From Akkermansia muciniphila (lineage in GTDB: Bacteria; Verrucomicrobiota; Verrucomicrobiia; Opitutales; UBA953), in the NCBI GenBank assembly GCA_943331445.1, contig CALQLO010000003.1:66173-130172 (forward strand): a stretch of 64,000 bases of DNA, read 5' to 3'. This document shows positions 49,774 to 61,966 of this stretch, piece by piece. Below the pieces are notes generated by a model. It worked only from the letters and a program-made list of their open reading frames with translations, had not been told where the DNA came from and did not search any database. A program made the position numbers and the translations under genes. How positions within the stretch are numbered: position 1 is the first letter of the stretch; every line of letters begins with the position of its first letter.

Positions 49774-51504
49774 ATGGCCACGATTCGCATTCTGGAAGAC
49801 ACGGTAGCCAACCAGATCGCCGCCGGCGAAGTGGTTGAGCGGCCCGCGGCGGTGATCAAGGAGTTGCTGGAGAACTCGCTCGACGCCGGCGCTCGGCGCG
49901 TGACCGTAGACTTTTCCCGCGGTGGCAAGGCCTTGATGATCGTGGATGATGATGGGAAGGGTATGACCGGAGAGGAGGCGCTACTCAGCCTGGAGCGTCA
50001 CGCGACGAGTAAGATTCGTATTGCGGCCGACCTCGACCGCATCGCCACTTTTGGTTTCCGCGGCGAAGCGCTCCCTTCCATCGCGAGTGTCGCCCGCTTC
50101 ACGATGCAAACCCGCCCAACGGAGGCGCCCTCTGGCACGGAAATCTCGGTTAACGCTGGTAAAATAGTCCATCGCCGCGAACACGGCATGGCTCCAGGTA
50201 CTCGCATTGAGGTAGCCAATCTTTTTCACCCGGTCCCAGCGCGACTCAAGTTCCTGAAGTCCGATGAGACGGAGGCAGCGCACATTGTTCGGCTAGTCCG
50301 GTTGTATGCAGTCGCTCATCCAGAAGTTGGGTTCCTGTTGCGCGAAGATGGCCGCGAGATTTTCCGGTCGCCGGGTAATGCGCCTTTGCTTGATCGCGTC
50401 CGTGAAATCTGGGGTCGGCAGGTCGCGGAAGAGGTAACGCTCATGCCAGTCTTTGCCCGCCCAGGGATGAAGCTCAGTGGGCTCCTCGGGAAGCCTGGTG
50501 TCAGTCGTGGCACTCGGCAGGACTTGGTCACGGTAGTGAATGGACGCCCGGTGGATAGTCGCACGATGGCCTTTGCGCTGATGGAGAGCTATCACACCTT
50601 AATCCCTAAGGGTCGATATCCGCTCGCCTTTGTTTTCCTCGAAATGGATCCGGCTTGGGTCGATGTGAATGTCCACCCCGCTAAGCGCGAGGTGCGTTTT
50701 CGTGATGAAGCCCGCGTCCGTAATTTCCTGATTGAATCCGTGCTCGCCGTCCTGCGTTCGCACGGTGGTGACGGATTGCCCGCCCAGACGGTACCTGCGG
50801 TCGCCCCGTTGGTCGCGGGAGCCGCTTCCGTGGTCAGTATCGCCGCGCCGGTACCACCCACAATCCCCGTCCCGGCGTCCGCTGGAGTGGCGGTGCCGGT
50901 ACCCGTGGCGCCTGCGCATGCTCCCGCCGTGCGACTCGGCTGGAGGCTACTTTCGCGCCTGCGCGAAGAGCGTGCCGTCTTTGAGACCCCGACGGGGTTG
51001 GCGATTCTCGATATCGGTGCCGCGCATCAACGTGTGCTCTACGAATCCATCCTCAAGCAGTTCTCCGAGCAGAAACCGGTCAGTCAGCCTCTGTTGATGC
51101 CGTTGGCGATAGAGCTCGAACCGCTGCCCGCCGCGGTACTGCGTGAACGCCTCCCGCTCCTCACGGCGGCGGGTTTTGATTTCGAAGAATATGGGCGCAA
51201 TTTCTGGCGGATGGCGGCACTACCCGCATGGCTCGAACCGGAGGATGCCCTGGATTTCGTGCGCGATTTACTTGCCGAGATGGCTCGACGCGAAGGTGAT
51301 TTTGGTCGCCCGTCCCTAGCCTACGACGCGCTTGCGAAGCTGGCTGTAGGGAAAGCACGCCGGAAGGGCGACGCCATGTCTGAGGGTGAGCTGATGGAGC
51401 TAGTGCAGTCTTTATTCCGGACGGCACAACCTGGGACGTGCCCGCGGGGTCGACGTACCTATGTCGAGTGGACCGATGCCGATCTCGGTCGCCGATTCGG
51501 CTGA
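49774..51504 (+). CDS. mutL: DNA mismatch repair protein MutL
   Basis: NQIAAGEVVERP, HATSK, GFRGEAL, DVNVHPAK.EV. Confidence 0.96.
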   Translation: MATIRILEDTVANQIAAGEVVERPAAVIKELLENSLDAGARRVTVDFSRGGKALMIVDDDGKGMTGEEALLSLERHATSKIRIAADLDRIATFGFRGEALPSIASVARFTMQTRPTEAPSGTEISVNAGKIVHRREHGMAPGTRIEVANLFHPVPARLKFLKSDETEAAHIVRLVRLYAVAHPEVGFLLREDGREIFRSPGNAPLLDRVREIWGRQVAEEVTLMPVFARPGMKLSGLLGKPGVSRGTRQDLVTVVNGRPVDSRTMAFALMESYHTLIPKGRYPLAFVFLEMDPAWVDVNVHPAKREVRFRDEARVRNFLIESVLAVLRSHGGDGLPAQTVPAVAPLVAGAASVVSIAAPVPPTIPVPASAGVAVPVPVAPAHAPAVRLGWRLLSRLREERAVFETPTGLAILDIGAAHQRVLYESILKQFSEQKPVSQPLLMPLAIELEPLPAAVLRERLPLLTAAGFDFEEYGRNFWRMAALPAWLEPEDALDFVRDLLAEMARREGDFGRPSLAYDALAKLAVGKARRKGDAMSEGELMELVQSLFRTAQPGTCPRGRRTYVEWTDADLGRRFG

Positions 51505-53490
<1,986 letters not shown>

Positions 53491-53491
53491 C

Positions 53492-54157
53492 TCAGCTAAG
53501 GCGGCCGCGGGCGAGCCACTGCGGGTCTACTTCGGAAAGGTCCTTCACAATGCGATGGGCGCCAGCGGTGACCAGCTGCTCGCGGGTATTGGTCGTGGCC
53601 AGGGCGATCGTGATGAAGCCGCCATCGATCCCGGCTTTCAGTCCGGAGAAGGAGTCTTCGAAGACAAAAGAACTCGCCGGTTCGCCGCCCCCGAGGGCGC
53701 AAGCCTTCAGGAAAACTTCTGGGTCGGGCTTGCCGCGGCTAACATCCTCGCTGGCGATCGCCCCCAGGAAGTAGTCGCCGATGCCGAATAACTCGAAGGA
53801 GAGGGCGAGGTTCGCCTTGTGGGTCGACGTACCGATCACGCAGGGAATGCCGAGATCATGGAGCGCACCGCAGAGTTCGCGGACGCCCGGAAGCAGGTGA
53901 ACATGGCCGGTGCGGGCGATATCTCGGTACAGAGCTTCCTTGCGGTCGGAGAGGCGCTTCACCTCAGTCTTATCGTTAGCCCAGCCCAAGATATCCGGAA
54001 TGATTAGCTCGTTACGCTTGCCGAAGCCGCGTTTGAAATGGTCAGCAGGTAGCGGAAGTTTCTCCTCGGCTGCCAAGGCTTCCCAGGAGCGTTCATGGGC
54101 TATCGAGGAGTCGATGACGACTCCGTCCCAGTCAAAGACGGCAACAGTGCGGGGCAT
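53492..54157 (-). CDS. HAD-family phosphatase (beta-PGM-like)
   Basis: FDWDGV, GKPDPEVF, FEDS. Confidence 0.88.
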   Translation of the reverse strand: MPRTVAVFDWDGVVIDSSIAHERSWEALAAEEKLPLPADHFKRGFGKRNELIIPDILGWANDKTEVKRLSDRKEALYRDIARTGHVHLLPGVRELCGALHDLGIPCVIGTSTHKANLALSFELFGIGDYFLGAIASEDVSRGKPDPEVFLKACALGGGEPASSFVFEDSFSGLKAGIDGGFITIALATTNTREQLVTAGAHRIVKDLSEVDPQWLARGRLS

Positions 54158-54160
54158 GGC

Positions 54161-55636
54161 TCAGTGCTTATCCCAAGGCAGTGTCACCTTCACCGGACGA
54201 TGTTCCCAGACGTTAAGCGGGTCGAAAATCTGGCCAGGGGCGAGGATGCCGTTGGGATCGAGAGCCTGCTTGACTGCCATCATCGCTCCAATTTCGGCGG
54301 GCGTATGCTGCAGGCGGAGGAAAGGAGATTTCGCGATGCCAATGCCATGTTCGCCCGTGATGGCTCCACCGAGTTCCACGACTTTGGTCATCACTTCGTG
54401 GATGGCTTTCTCCGCTTTGCGGCAATGCTCGGGATTGTCCCGGTCATACATGATATGAACATGGAAGTTGCCGTCGGCCGCGTGGCCAAAGGTCGGCGTT
54501 GCCAGGCCGATCCGGTCGCGGACTTCACGCGTATAGCGGATGAGCTCAACATAGGACCGGAAAGGGACGACGATATCTTCGTTGAGTTTCGCGTTACCCA
54601 GCGAATACATCGCTTGCGAGCAGGTGCGGCGGATGTCCCAAAGAGCTTCGGCTTCGGCTTCGACGTCGGTCTCACGGAAGGCGATAGCGTGGCGGCTGAT
54701 CCAGGCCCGGACTTTCACTGCATCCTCCGCTAGTGCGGCCGGGTGGCCGTCGATTTCGACGAGGAGGATGGCGTGGGTGTCGGCGAGCCCTTGGAGCTCG
54801 GTGGCCGTGAAGACGCGGCTGCCGCGTTGCTTCTCGGCGGCCTCGACGGTCTGGGTGTCGAGGAATTCGAAAACGGCGGGGTTCACGCGCAGGCCCATTA
54901 GTTCGGCGGCGGCTTCGAGGGCTCCTTCGTCGGTGCGGCAGGCGATCAGGAAGGTGCGGCGGGCGGCGGGCTTATTGACGAGTTTCAGGGTGGCCTGTGT
55001 GATCACGCCGAGCGTGCCCTCGGAGCCAATCCAGAGGTCACGGATATTAAGGCCGCTAACAAATTTGCGGAGCGGCGCGGCCCAGCGCACTTTTTCACCC
55101 GTGGGGAGAAAGCCTTCGAGGGCGTAGACGTGGTCACGGACAACTCCGTACTTCGCGGCGCGGAGGCCGCCGGCGTTGGTCGCGATATTTCCGCCGATGC
55201 TGCAATACTTGAGCGAGGACGGATCGGGCGGGAAGAAGAGCCCGTGAGGGGCGGCGAGTTCGTTGATGCGGGCGGTGATTGCCCCGGGTTGCACGGTCGC
55301 CATTGCGGAGATCGGATCGATCTCGATTTTATCCCAGTGGTCTAGGTGGATGACCCATCCGCCTTGGATCGGGGAGCTGGCACCAGTGTTGCCGGTGCCG
55401 CGGCCGCGGACAGTCACCGGGATGCGGTATTCGTTGGCGAGCTTCAGGACGATTCCGATGTCGTCCTCCACGCCTGGGCGGATGACCGCTTCGGGCATGA
55501 AGGAAAGGCGCATGTTGTCGAACGACGCGGCGAAGCAGGTAGCTTCATCGGTCAGCACCTTCTCTGGGCCGAGTTTGGCCAGTAGGGCTTGAGTGGCGGC
55601 AGGATGCGTCTTCACGAGGGAGCTCACGCCCGCCAT
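54161..55636 (-). CDS. FAD-linked oxidase (GlcD / D-lactate dehydrogenase family)
   Basis: FPPDPSS, GGNIATNAGG, GSEGTLG, GHAADGNFH, GEHGIG. Confidence 0.88.
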   Translation of the reverse strand: MAGVSSLVKTHPAATQALLAKLGPEKVLTDEATCFAASFDNMRLSFMPEAVIRPGVEDDIGIVLKLANEYRIPVTVRGRGTGNTGASSPIQGGWVIHLDHWDKIEIDPISAMATVQPGAITARINELAAPHGLFFPPDPSSLKYCSIGGNIATNAGGLRAAKYGVVRDHVYALEGFLPTGEKVRWAAPLRKFVSGLNIRDLWIGSEGTLGVITQATLKLVNKPAARRTFLIACRTDEGALEAAAELMGLRVNPAVFEFLDTQTVEAAEKQRGSRVFTATELQGLADTHAILLVEIDGHPAALAEDAVKVRAWISRHAIAFRETDVEAEAEALWDIRRTCSQAMYSLGNAKLNEDIVVPFRSYVELIRYTREVRDRIGLATPTFGHAADGNFHVHIMYDRDNPEHCRKAEKAIHEVMTKVVELGGAITGEHGIGIAKSPFLRLQHTPAEIGAMMAVKQALDPNGILAPGQIFDPLNVWEHRPVKVTLPWDKH

Positions 55637-55645
55637 CGTGCACCC

Positions 55646-57589
55646 TTAGCCCAGTTCGGCAAGCCACGCTGTCGCTTCGGCGTCGGAAGGCATGCGCCAA
55701 TCGCCGCGCGGCGAAAGGGCTAAGGACCCGACCTTGGGGCCATCCGGCATCGCGGAGCGCTTATATTGCTGGGTGAAGAAGCGGCTCAGGAACGAGCGGA
55801 GCCAATGGCGGATCTCCGCTTGGTCATATTTTCCGGCAAAGGCGTGTTCCGCGATCCAGAGCACCTTTGAGGGGCGGAAGCCGTTGCGGATGACGTGATA
55901 GAGGAAGAAGTCGTGCAGCTCGTACGGGCCGACAATCATCTCGGTCTGTTGGGCGATTTCACCGTCGGCTCCGGGAGGGAGTAATTCGGGGCTCACGGGC
56001 GTGGCGACGATGTCTTCCAGGATGCTGCGTTCTGGGCCGACGTGGCGCGCATGGGCGGCCCACGAAACCAAATGCTTCACGAGCGTCTTCGGAACGCCGA
56101 TGTTCACGTGGTACATCGACATATGGTCAGCGTTGAACGTGCACCAGCCGAGGGCGGCTTCGGAAAGGTCGCCCGTGCCGACGACGAAGCCCTGACACTG
56201 ATTGGCCGTGTCCATTAGGATCTGCGTGCGCTCGCGGGCCTGGGCGTTCTCGAAAGTGACGTCGTGTTTGCCGGCCGGGTGGTGGATATCCTTGAGGTGT
56301 TGATCGACGGCCTCGTTGATAGGAATTTCGCGGGCCGTGATGCCGAGCGTTTCCATCAGGCGCATTGCGTTCATGCGGGTGCGGGCCGAGGTGCCTGGGC
56401 CCGGCATCGTGAGTCCGATGATGCCTTTGCGATCCAGCCCGAGCCGATTGAACGCTTCGAGGGTGACCAAAAGGGCCAGCGTGGAGTCGAGTCCGCCTGA
56501 GACGCCAATGACGATGTGCTTGAGGCCTGTATGTCGGATGCGACGGGCGAGGCCGGTCGATTGGATTGCGAAGATTTCTTGGCAATTCTCGTCGCGCCGA
56601 TGGGCGTCGGAAGGGACAAATGGATGCTGGCTGAAGCGACGGCGCAGTTTGGGGGTCTGCCCGACGGGCGTACCGAGTTCGAAGCTGAGGACGCGAGGGC
56701 GGAGGGTCGACGGAGCACCGAAGAAGGTGCTATTGCGGCGGCGTTCGGCGGCCAGGCGGTCAAGGTCGACCTGGGAAACAATCAGGGCGAGATCAAAGCG
56801 GAAGCGTTCTGATTCGCCGAGTACTACGCCGTTCTCGGCGATGAGTCCGTGCCCGCTATAGACGATGTCCGTGCTCGATTCGCCGGCGCCGGCGGCCGCA
56901 TAGACATAGGCGGCGAGGCAGCGGGCGGATTGGGATTTCACCAGGTCGCGTCGGTAGGCGGCCTTGGTCAGGAGTTCATCGCTGGCCGAAAGGTTGCAGA
57001 GGAGGGTGGCGCCGGCGAGTGCGAGGGCTCCGCTTGGGGGCTCGACGGCCCAAAGGTCTTCGCAGATCTCGATGCCGATGACACAGTCCGGCATGTCTTT
57101 GGCCTGGAAGAGTAGGTCGGTGCCGAAAGGGACTTTCTGGCCGAGGAGATCAACTTCGCTGACTGAGGCGACACGGGCCGACGCGAACCAGCGCTGTTCG
57201 TAGAATTCCCCGGTATTGGGCAAGTGGGTCTTGGGGACGACGCCGAGGACCTTGCCGCGGGAGATGGCGACGGCGACATTGAAGAGGCGTCCATTGACCT
57301 CCAGAGGCAGCCCGACAAGGGCAGTTAGGCCGAGCTTAGCGGTAGCCTCGCAAACCTGTCCTAGGGCCTTCAGGGCACCCGCTAGCAGGGTGCGTTGGCC
57401 GAAGAGGTCGCCGCAGCTATAGCCGGTCAGGCAGAGTTCGGGTAGAACCACCAATTCAACCCCCTCTTGCGCGGCCTTTTCCAGAGCCTGACAAATCAGG
57501 TGGGCGTTGGCCGCAGGGTCCCCCAGCCGGAGGGCCGGCGAGGCGGCCGCCACGGTCAAAAAACCGTTCTGGTGGATGCGGTTGGACAT
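55646..57589 (-). CDS. nadE: Glutamine-dependent NAD+ synthetase
   Basis: Nitrilase domain (PEL, PK, ICEDLW); SGGLDST, ENAQARER, GTGDLSE. Confidence 0.96.
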   Translation of the reverse strand: MSNRIHQNGFLTVAAASPALRLGDPAANAHLICQALEKAAQEGVELVVLPELCLTGYSCGDLFGQRTLLAGALKALGQVCEATAKLGLTALVGLPLEVNGRLFNVAVAISRGKVLGVVPKTHLPNTGEFYEQRWFASARVASVSEVDLLGQKVPFGTDLLFQAKDMPDCVIGIEICEDLWAVEPPSGALALAGATLLCNLSASDELLTKAAYRRDLVKSQSARCLAAYVYAAAGAGESSTDIVYSGHGLIAENGVVLGESERFRFDLALIVSQVDLDRLAAERRRNSTFFGAPSTLRPRVLSFELGTPVGQTPKLRRRFSQHPFVPSDAHRRDENCQEIFAIQSTGLARRIRHTGLKHIVIGVSGGLDSTLALLVTLEAFNRLGLDRKGIIGLTMPGPGTSARTRMNAMRLMETLGITAREIPINEAVDQHLKDIHHPAGKHDVTFENAQARERTQILMDTANQCQGFVVGTGDLSEAALGWCTFNADHMSMYHVNIGVPKTLVKHLVSWAAHARHVGPERSILEDIVATPVSPELLPPGADGEIAQQTEMIVGPYELHDFFLYHVIRNGFRPSKVLWIAEHAFAGKYDQAEIRHWLRSFLSRFFTQQYKRSAMPDGPKVGSLALSPRGDWRMPSDAEATAWLAELG

Positions 57590-57674
57590 CAAAGGACGAG
57601 AAGCCGTTATGTTCACCGTTGACCGAAGGGGAGGCAACCCGAAAGGTCTGCCATTCCCTGTTCAAAGGGGCCAA

Positions 57675-58628
57675 ATGACCACCCAGCCGCTCAAAGAAGT
57701 CCGGATCTTTTCGCCCGCCACCGTGGCCAATGTGGCGTGCGGTTTCGATGTGCTCGGTTTCGCCATCGACTCACCCGGAGACGAAATCGTCGCCCGCTTC
57801 TCGTCCAAGCCCGGACTGACCATCTCTAAAATCACTGGCGACGACGGTCGTCTACCGCTCGACTCCAAGAAGAACACGGCCGGCGTGGCGGCCCATGCGC
57901 TGTTGCGCCACCTTGGTAAGAGCGACGTCGGCATCGAGATGGAGATTCACAAGAAGATGCCCTTCGGCAGTGGTCTCGGCTCCAGTGCCGCCAGCGCGGT
58001 CGGTGGGGCCTTCGTGGTGAATCGTCTGCTCGGTGACCCGCTGACTCGCCTGCAGTTGCTTCCTTTCGTCGTCGCTGGTGAAGCCGCGGCCGATGGCGCC
58101 TGGCATGCCGACAATGTGGCGCCCTGTTTGCTGGGCGGAATCACTTTGATTCGTTCCAATGCCGAACTTGATGTGATGGATGTGCCGATTCCGGATCGGC
58201 TCTGGGCCGCCGTCGTCCATCCGGACATTGTCGTGCTGACCAAGGTCGCCCGGGAGATTATGCCGCGGCAGGTGCAACTGGAAATCTCTACACAACAGAG
58301 TGGCAATCTTGGTGGCCTACTCTGCGGCTTCTTTAAAAGCGACTATGCTCTCATCGGCCGCTCGCTGCATGACTTGATTGCCGAGCCACACCGCCACCGC
58401 CTGATTCCGGAGTTCTATCGTGCCAAGGCCGCCGCCATGGCCGCCGGAGCGCTTGGTTTCTCCATTTCTGGTGCCGGCCCCAGCGTCTTCGCTTTGTGCG
58501 AAGGCGAGGAAACCGCCCGCAAGGTTGCCGCCGCGGTCGCCGCCGTGTTTGCTTCGGTGCCGATTAAGGCCACGCCTTACGTCTCGCGTATCAATCCAAA
58601 GGGTGTCCATGTCATCTCCGAGTCCTAA
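57675..58628 (+). CDS. thrB: Homoserine kinase
   Basis: PATVANVACGFD, GSGLGSSAAS, HADNVAP, SGAGPS. Confidence 0.95.
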   Translation: MTTQPLKEVRIFSPATVANVACGFDVLGFAIDSPGDEIVARFSSKPGLTISKITGDDGRLPLDSKKNTAGVAAHALLRHLGKSDVGIEMEIHKKMPFGSGLGSSAASAVGGAFVVNRLLGDPLTRLQLLPFVVAGEAAADGAWHADNVAPCLLGGITLIRSNAELDVMDVPIPDRLWAAVVHPDIVVLTKVAREIMPRQVQLEISTQQSGNLGGLLCGFFKSDYALIGRSLHDLIAEPHRHRLIPEFYRAKAAAMAAGALGFSISGAGPSVFALCEGEETARKVAAAVAAVFASVPIKATPYVSRINPKGVHVISES

Positions 58629-59940
58629 GTTGGAATTCGTCTCAACGGCTGACGCTTCCTGTCGCGGCTCTCTCCGCGAGGTGTTGCTTTCGGCGATGCC
58701 CGCCCGGGGTGGGCTATGGGTGCCAACGCACATTCCACAGCTCGCGCCCGACTTCATGGAGCAGCATCGGCATGACTCGTATGCCGAGTTGGCTGAAGCG
58801 GTGATCGCCCCCTATTTCGCTGAGGTCCTCGGCCCCGCGGTGTTGCGTCAAATCTGCCAGGACGCCTTTAACTTCCCTGTGCCACTGGTGTATCCGGAAC
58901 GGCTCAAAGGAACGCCAGCTGAGCGACTCGCGGTACTGGAGCTCTTTCATGGGCCTTCCGCCGCCTTTAAGGACTTTGCCGTGCGCACGCTCGTGCGCGT
59001 CACGGCTCGCGTCCTCGGTAATGACTTCCCGCAACTGACGGTCTTGGCCGCCACCTCCGGTGATACTGGGGCCGCGGTAACTGAAGCCTGCGCCGGGGTG
59101 CCCGGGGTGCGTGCGGTCGTGCTTTATCCGCGCGTCGGCGTGAGCGGCGTGCAGGAGTCGCAAATCGCCCGAGCGCGTCCGGGCGTCGTCGCGATCTCCG
59201 TCGATGGCACCTTTGATGACTGTCAGGCTATCGTGAAACGCGCGTTGGCTGACGAGAGCCTGCGTCGTCGTCGCCCGTTGCTGACGGCCAATTCTATCAA
59301 CCCAGTTCGCCTTATCGCACAGGTGCCCTTCGCTTTCCATGCGAAGCGTCTACTCGCTTCAGGTCGGCGGATGGGTGTCGTCGTCCCTTCGGGAAATCTC
59401 GGCAACGTCGGCGCCGTTCAGTTGGCCCGTCGGATGGGCTTGGAGGTGGCCGCGCTGGTTGCCGCCACGAACACCAATTCACCGCTACCGGAACTCTTTG
59501 CCACGGGGCAATATCGGGCCCGCCGATCAAATCCCACCGCTTCGAACGCGATGGATATCGGTGACCCAAATAACCTCGCTCGCTTGCTTGCCTGGCGACA
59601 GGGCGGCCCTTCGGTTGAGGCCGTGACCGTCGATGATCGTGCCACTCTGGATGCGATGCGCCGCGTGAGAGATGCTAGTGGTTACGTGCTCTGTCCACAT
59701 ACCGCTGTCGGCTGGAAGGCCGGCGAAGACCTACTTGTTCGGGCGGGCGCTCAATTGGATGACGTGGTTGTCTTCGGCACAGCCCACCCGGCCAAGTTCC
59801 CTGATGTGCTCCAGGCTGCCTTCGGTGACGCTAGTGTTTCGCGTTTCCCGGGCGAACTTCCTCCGCCAGAGCCGATTAAGATCGGTAATGACTTTGAGGC
59901 AGTGCGCGCCGTGCTGGAGTCTGAAGCGGGCTTCCGTTGA
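58609..59940 (+). CDS. thrC: Threonine synthase
   Basis: LELFHGPS.AFKDF, ATSGDTG, ANSIN, VPSGN, TAHPAKF; overlaps thrB. Confidence 0.94.
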   Translation: MSSPSPKLEFVSTADASCRGSLREVLLSAMPARGGLWVPTHIPQLAPDFMEQHRHDSYAELAEAVIAPYFAEVLGPAVLRQICQDAFNFPVPLVYPERLKGTPAERLAVLELFHGPSAAFKDFAVRTLVRVTARVLGNDFPQLTVLAATSGDTGAAVTEACAGVPGVRAVVLYPRVGVSGVQESQIARARPGVVAISVDGTFDDCQAIVKRALADESLRRRRPLLTANSINPVRLIAQVPFAFHAKRLLASGRRMGVVVPSGNLGNVGAVQLARRMGLEVAALVAATNTNSPLPELFATGQYRARRSNPTASNAMDIGDPNNLARLLAWRQGGPSVEAVTVDDRATLDAMRRVRDASGYVLCPHTAVGWKAGEDLLVRAGAQLDDVVVFGTAHPAKFPDVLQAAFGDASVSRFPGELPPPEPIKIGNDFEAVRAVLESEAGFR

Positions 59941-59946
59941 GGAGGC

Positions 59947-60096
59947 TTACTTCGACTGGCTATCCGTCGCCGGCTTCGCTTTAGCCGCGGGAGCGGGGGT
60001 GGCGGCTTTGGGGTCGCGGGGCTGCTCGAATACGATGATGCAGCCCGAGAGGGCGAGGCTAGCAAGGGCGAGGGCGGCGAGCAGGACGGTCTTCAT
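59947..60096 (-). CDS. Small lipoprotein (49 aa)
   Basis: MKTVLLAALALASLALSG-CIIVFEQPRDPK...; lipobox LSGC; below the ORF-track cutoff. Confidence 0.75.
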   Translation of the reverse strand: MKTVLLAALALASLALSGCIIVFEQPRDPKAATPAPAAKAKPATDSQSK

Positions 60097-60140
60097 TGCC
60101 CTGATTTAGGTCCGCGCTGCCTCGTTGGCAAATCCACAAA

Positions 60141-60166
60141 ATAAAAAGGCCGTCTTGCGACGGCCT
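60141..60166 (-). terminator. Terminator of the exbBDD operon
   Basis: Minus strand AGGCCGTC-GCAA-GACGGCCT followed by TTTTAT. Confidence 0.8.
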
Positions 60167-60188
60167 AGGAGGGCGGTGGGTGCGTTGA

Positions 60189-60632
60189 TTATTCCGTATC
60201 TGCGACCGCGAAGGTGACGTTCGAGATGTTCGCCTTGGCGAGGCAGTCGAGGACGTTGATGACGCGCTCATAGCGGGCGGTCTCTTCGGCCTGTACCGTA
60301 ATCAGTAGCTTGGTCTTGGACTGCTCGGCAGCTTGGCCCATTTGCTTCATCTGATTATAGAGGTTCTCGAGCAGCTTGTCACCAGGGGCGCCGACAGGGT
60401 CTTCGTTCAGGGTGATTTCGCCGCTTTCGCTCACGCCGATAGTGACCTCGTCGGGCATCTCGGTTTCCTTGGAGGTCTCAGCGTTGCCTGGCAGGGTGGT
60501 CTTGAGCTCATGCTCCACTTTCACTGCACCGGCCATCACCATGAAGAAGAGCATGATTACGAAGACCACGTCGATCATCGGGGCGATTTGGAAGCCCGGG
60601 TTGGCGTCGGCTTGTTGTTCAACTTGTTTCAT
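60189..60632 (-). CDS. exbD: ExbD/TolR-family protein
   Basis: QIAPMIDVVFVIMLFFMV TM with the conserved Asp. Confidence 0.9.
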   Translation of the reverse strand: MKQVEQQADANPGFQIAPMIDVVFVIMLFFMVMAGAVKVEHELKTTLPGNAETSKETEMPDEVTIGVSESGEITLNEDPVGAPGDKLLENLYNQMKQMGQAAEQSKTKLLITVQAEETARYERVINVLDCLAKANISNVTFAVADTE

Positions 60633-60635
60633 GGC

Positions 60636-61076
60636 TTATTCCTCGTGATTGAGGCCAGAGAAAGCGATGTTCTCGATGCCTGCCTCGGCGCCCCACTCGA
60701 GGGCCTTGGAGATGTATTTGGCGTGGCAGTCCTTGTCGGCGCGGACCAGTAAGCGGTACTTCGGATTGTCGCCTTTGCGGGCGGCGAGTTCTTTGGCGAT
60801 GCCGTCCTTGTCGTTCATATCAAGTTCGCGGTCGTCGAGCTTGTACTTGGGCATGCCGGTTGTCTTGTCCCAGGAGATGTTAATGAGTCCAGCGGCGGCC
60901 TTGTCGTCTCGCTTCACGCCGTTGGCGGCGACAGGGAGGGAGATGTTCTTGTCGACCTTGAGCACCTGCGACGAGGTGATGGACATGAAGAAAATCAGCA
61001 GCACCAAGAGCACGTCGATCATCGGCGCGACCTGGAACTCTGGTTCCCCTTCTCCGCCTCCTCCTCCGCCTGCCAT
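60636..61076 (-). CDS. exbD: ExbD/TolR-family protein
   Basis: QVAPMIDVLLVLLIFFM; RAD motif. Confidence 0.9.
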   Translation of the reverse strand: MAGGGGGGEGEPEFQVAPMIDVLLVLLIFFMSITSSQVLKVDKNISLPVAANGVKRDDKAAAGLINISWDKTTGMPKYKLDDRELDMNDKDGIAKELAARKGDNPKYRLLVRADKDCHAKYISKALEWGAEAGIENIAFSGLNHEE

Positions 61077-61112
61077 GGCTGTTTAGTTTGTTAGGGGGTG
61101 GAAGGTGTGCGC

Positions 61113-61910
61113 TTAGGCCTGAGGCTGGTCGGCCGCAGCGGCATTCCAGTCAGGCTTACCAGCGTAAATCTCTTCATCGCCCACCTTGCGTCCAGCGACT
61201 TCATCGTAGGGGAAAGCGCGGAAAAGACCGGTGGCAATCTCCGTGATGTCGTGGATACCCTTGTTGATACGGTTGGCCAAGAGGTAGTAAGACATGAAAG
61301 CCGGGATTGCGATGAAGAGACCCGAGGCGGTTGCCACGAGCACTTCGCCGATAGCTTCGGCAAGTTTGGAGGGGTCGCCTACGCCAGAGGAGCCGAGTTT
61401 TTCGAACGCCTTCATCATGCCCGTCACGGTGCCAGTGAGGCCGATCATCGGAGTGCAAACGCCGATCACGGAGAGGTAGGAGGAGCGGCCCTTGAGCTCG
61501 GCCTGGATGCGGGTGATTTCAGAGAGGATGGCCTCTTCGGTCATCGTCTTGCCATCTGGGGTGAAGGCGACGCCAGCCCGGACGACATCAGCCACCGGCG
61601 AACCAGCGGTCTTAGCGAAGGCGTAGGCACCGACATAGTCGCCGCGCTTGAAGAGCTCGCGGAGCTGATGGACGTGGTCGACGGGGTAGAGTTTGCCGGC
61701 CGAGGTGCGAATGACGCCATCGACGATGAACCAAATCATGGCGACGGAGCAGATCGTGATCGGATACATGACCCAACCGCCTTCGCGGAAGAGGTCCATG
61801 AGGGTCTTCTCATGTTTCACGGCGCCAGCGGCTTCCTGGGCGGAAGCGAGGACGGTCATGAGACCCAGGAAAGCTAGGGTCAGGGTGGTCTTGCGGAAGT
61901 TCATCTTCAT
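61113..61910 (-). CDS. exbB: MotA/TolQ/ExbB proton-channel protein
   Basis: GGWVM.PI, PMIGLTGTV.GM, LVATASGL.IAIPA; N-terminal signal-like segment. Confidence 0.92.
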   Translation of the reverse strand: MKMNFRKTTLTLAFLGLMTVLASAQEAAGAVKHEKTLMDLFREGGWVMYPITICSVAMIWFIVDGVIRTSAGKLYPVDHVHQLRELFKRGDYVGAYAFAKTAGSPVADVVRAGVAFTPDGKTMTEEAILSEITRIQAELKGRSSYLSVIGVCTPMIGLTGTVTGMMKAFEKLGSSGVGDPSKLAEAIGEVLVATASGLFIAIPAFMSYYLLANRINKGIHDITEIATGLFRAFPYDEVAGRKVGDEEIYAGKPDWNAAAADQPQA

Positions 61911-61966
61911 TGGGATGATGGGGTGTTGGGTAAGTTTTAGGTCGGGTTTTGGAAAGGGGCAAGGAC

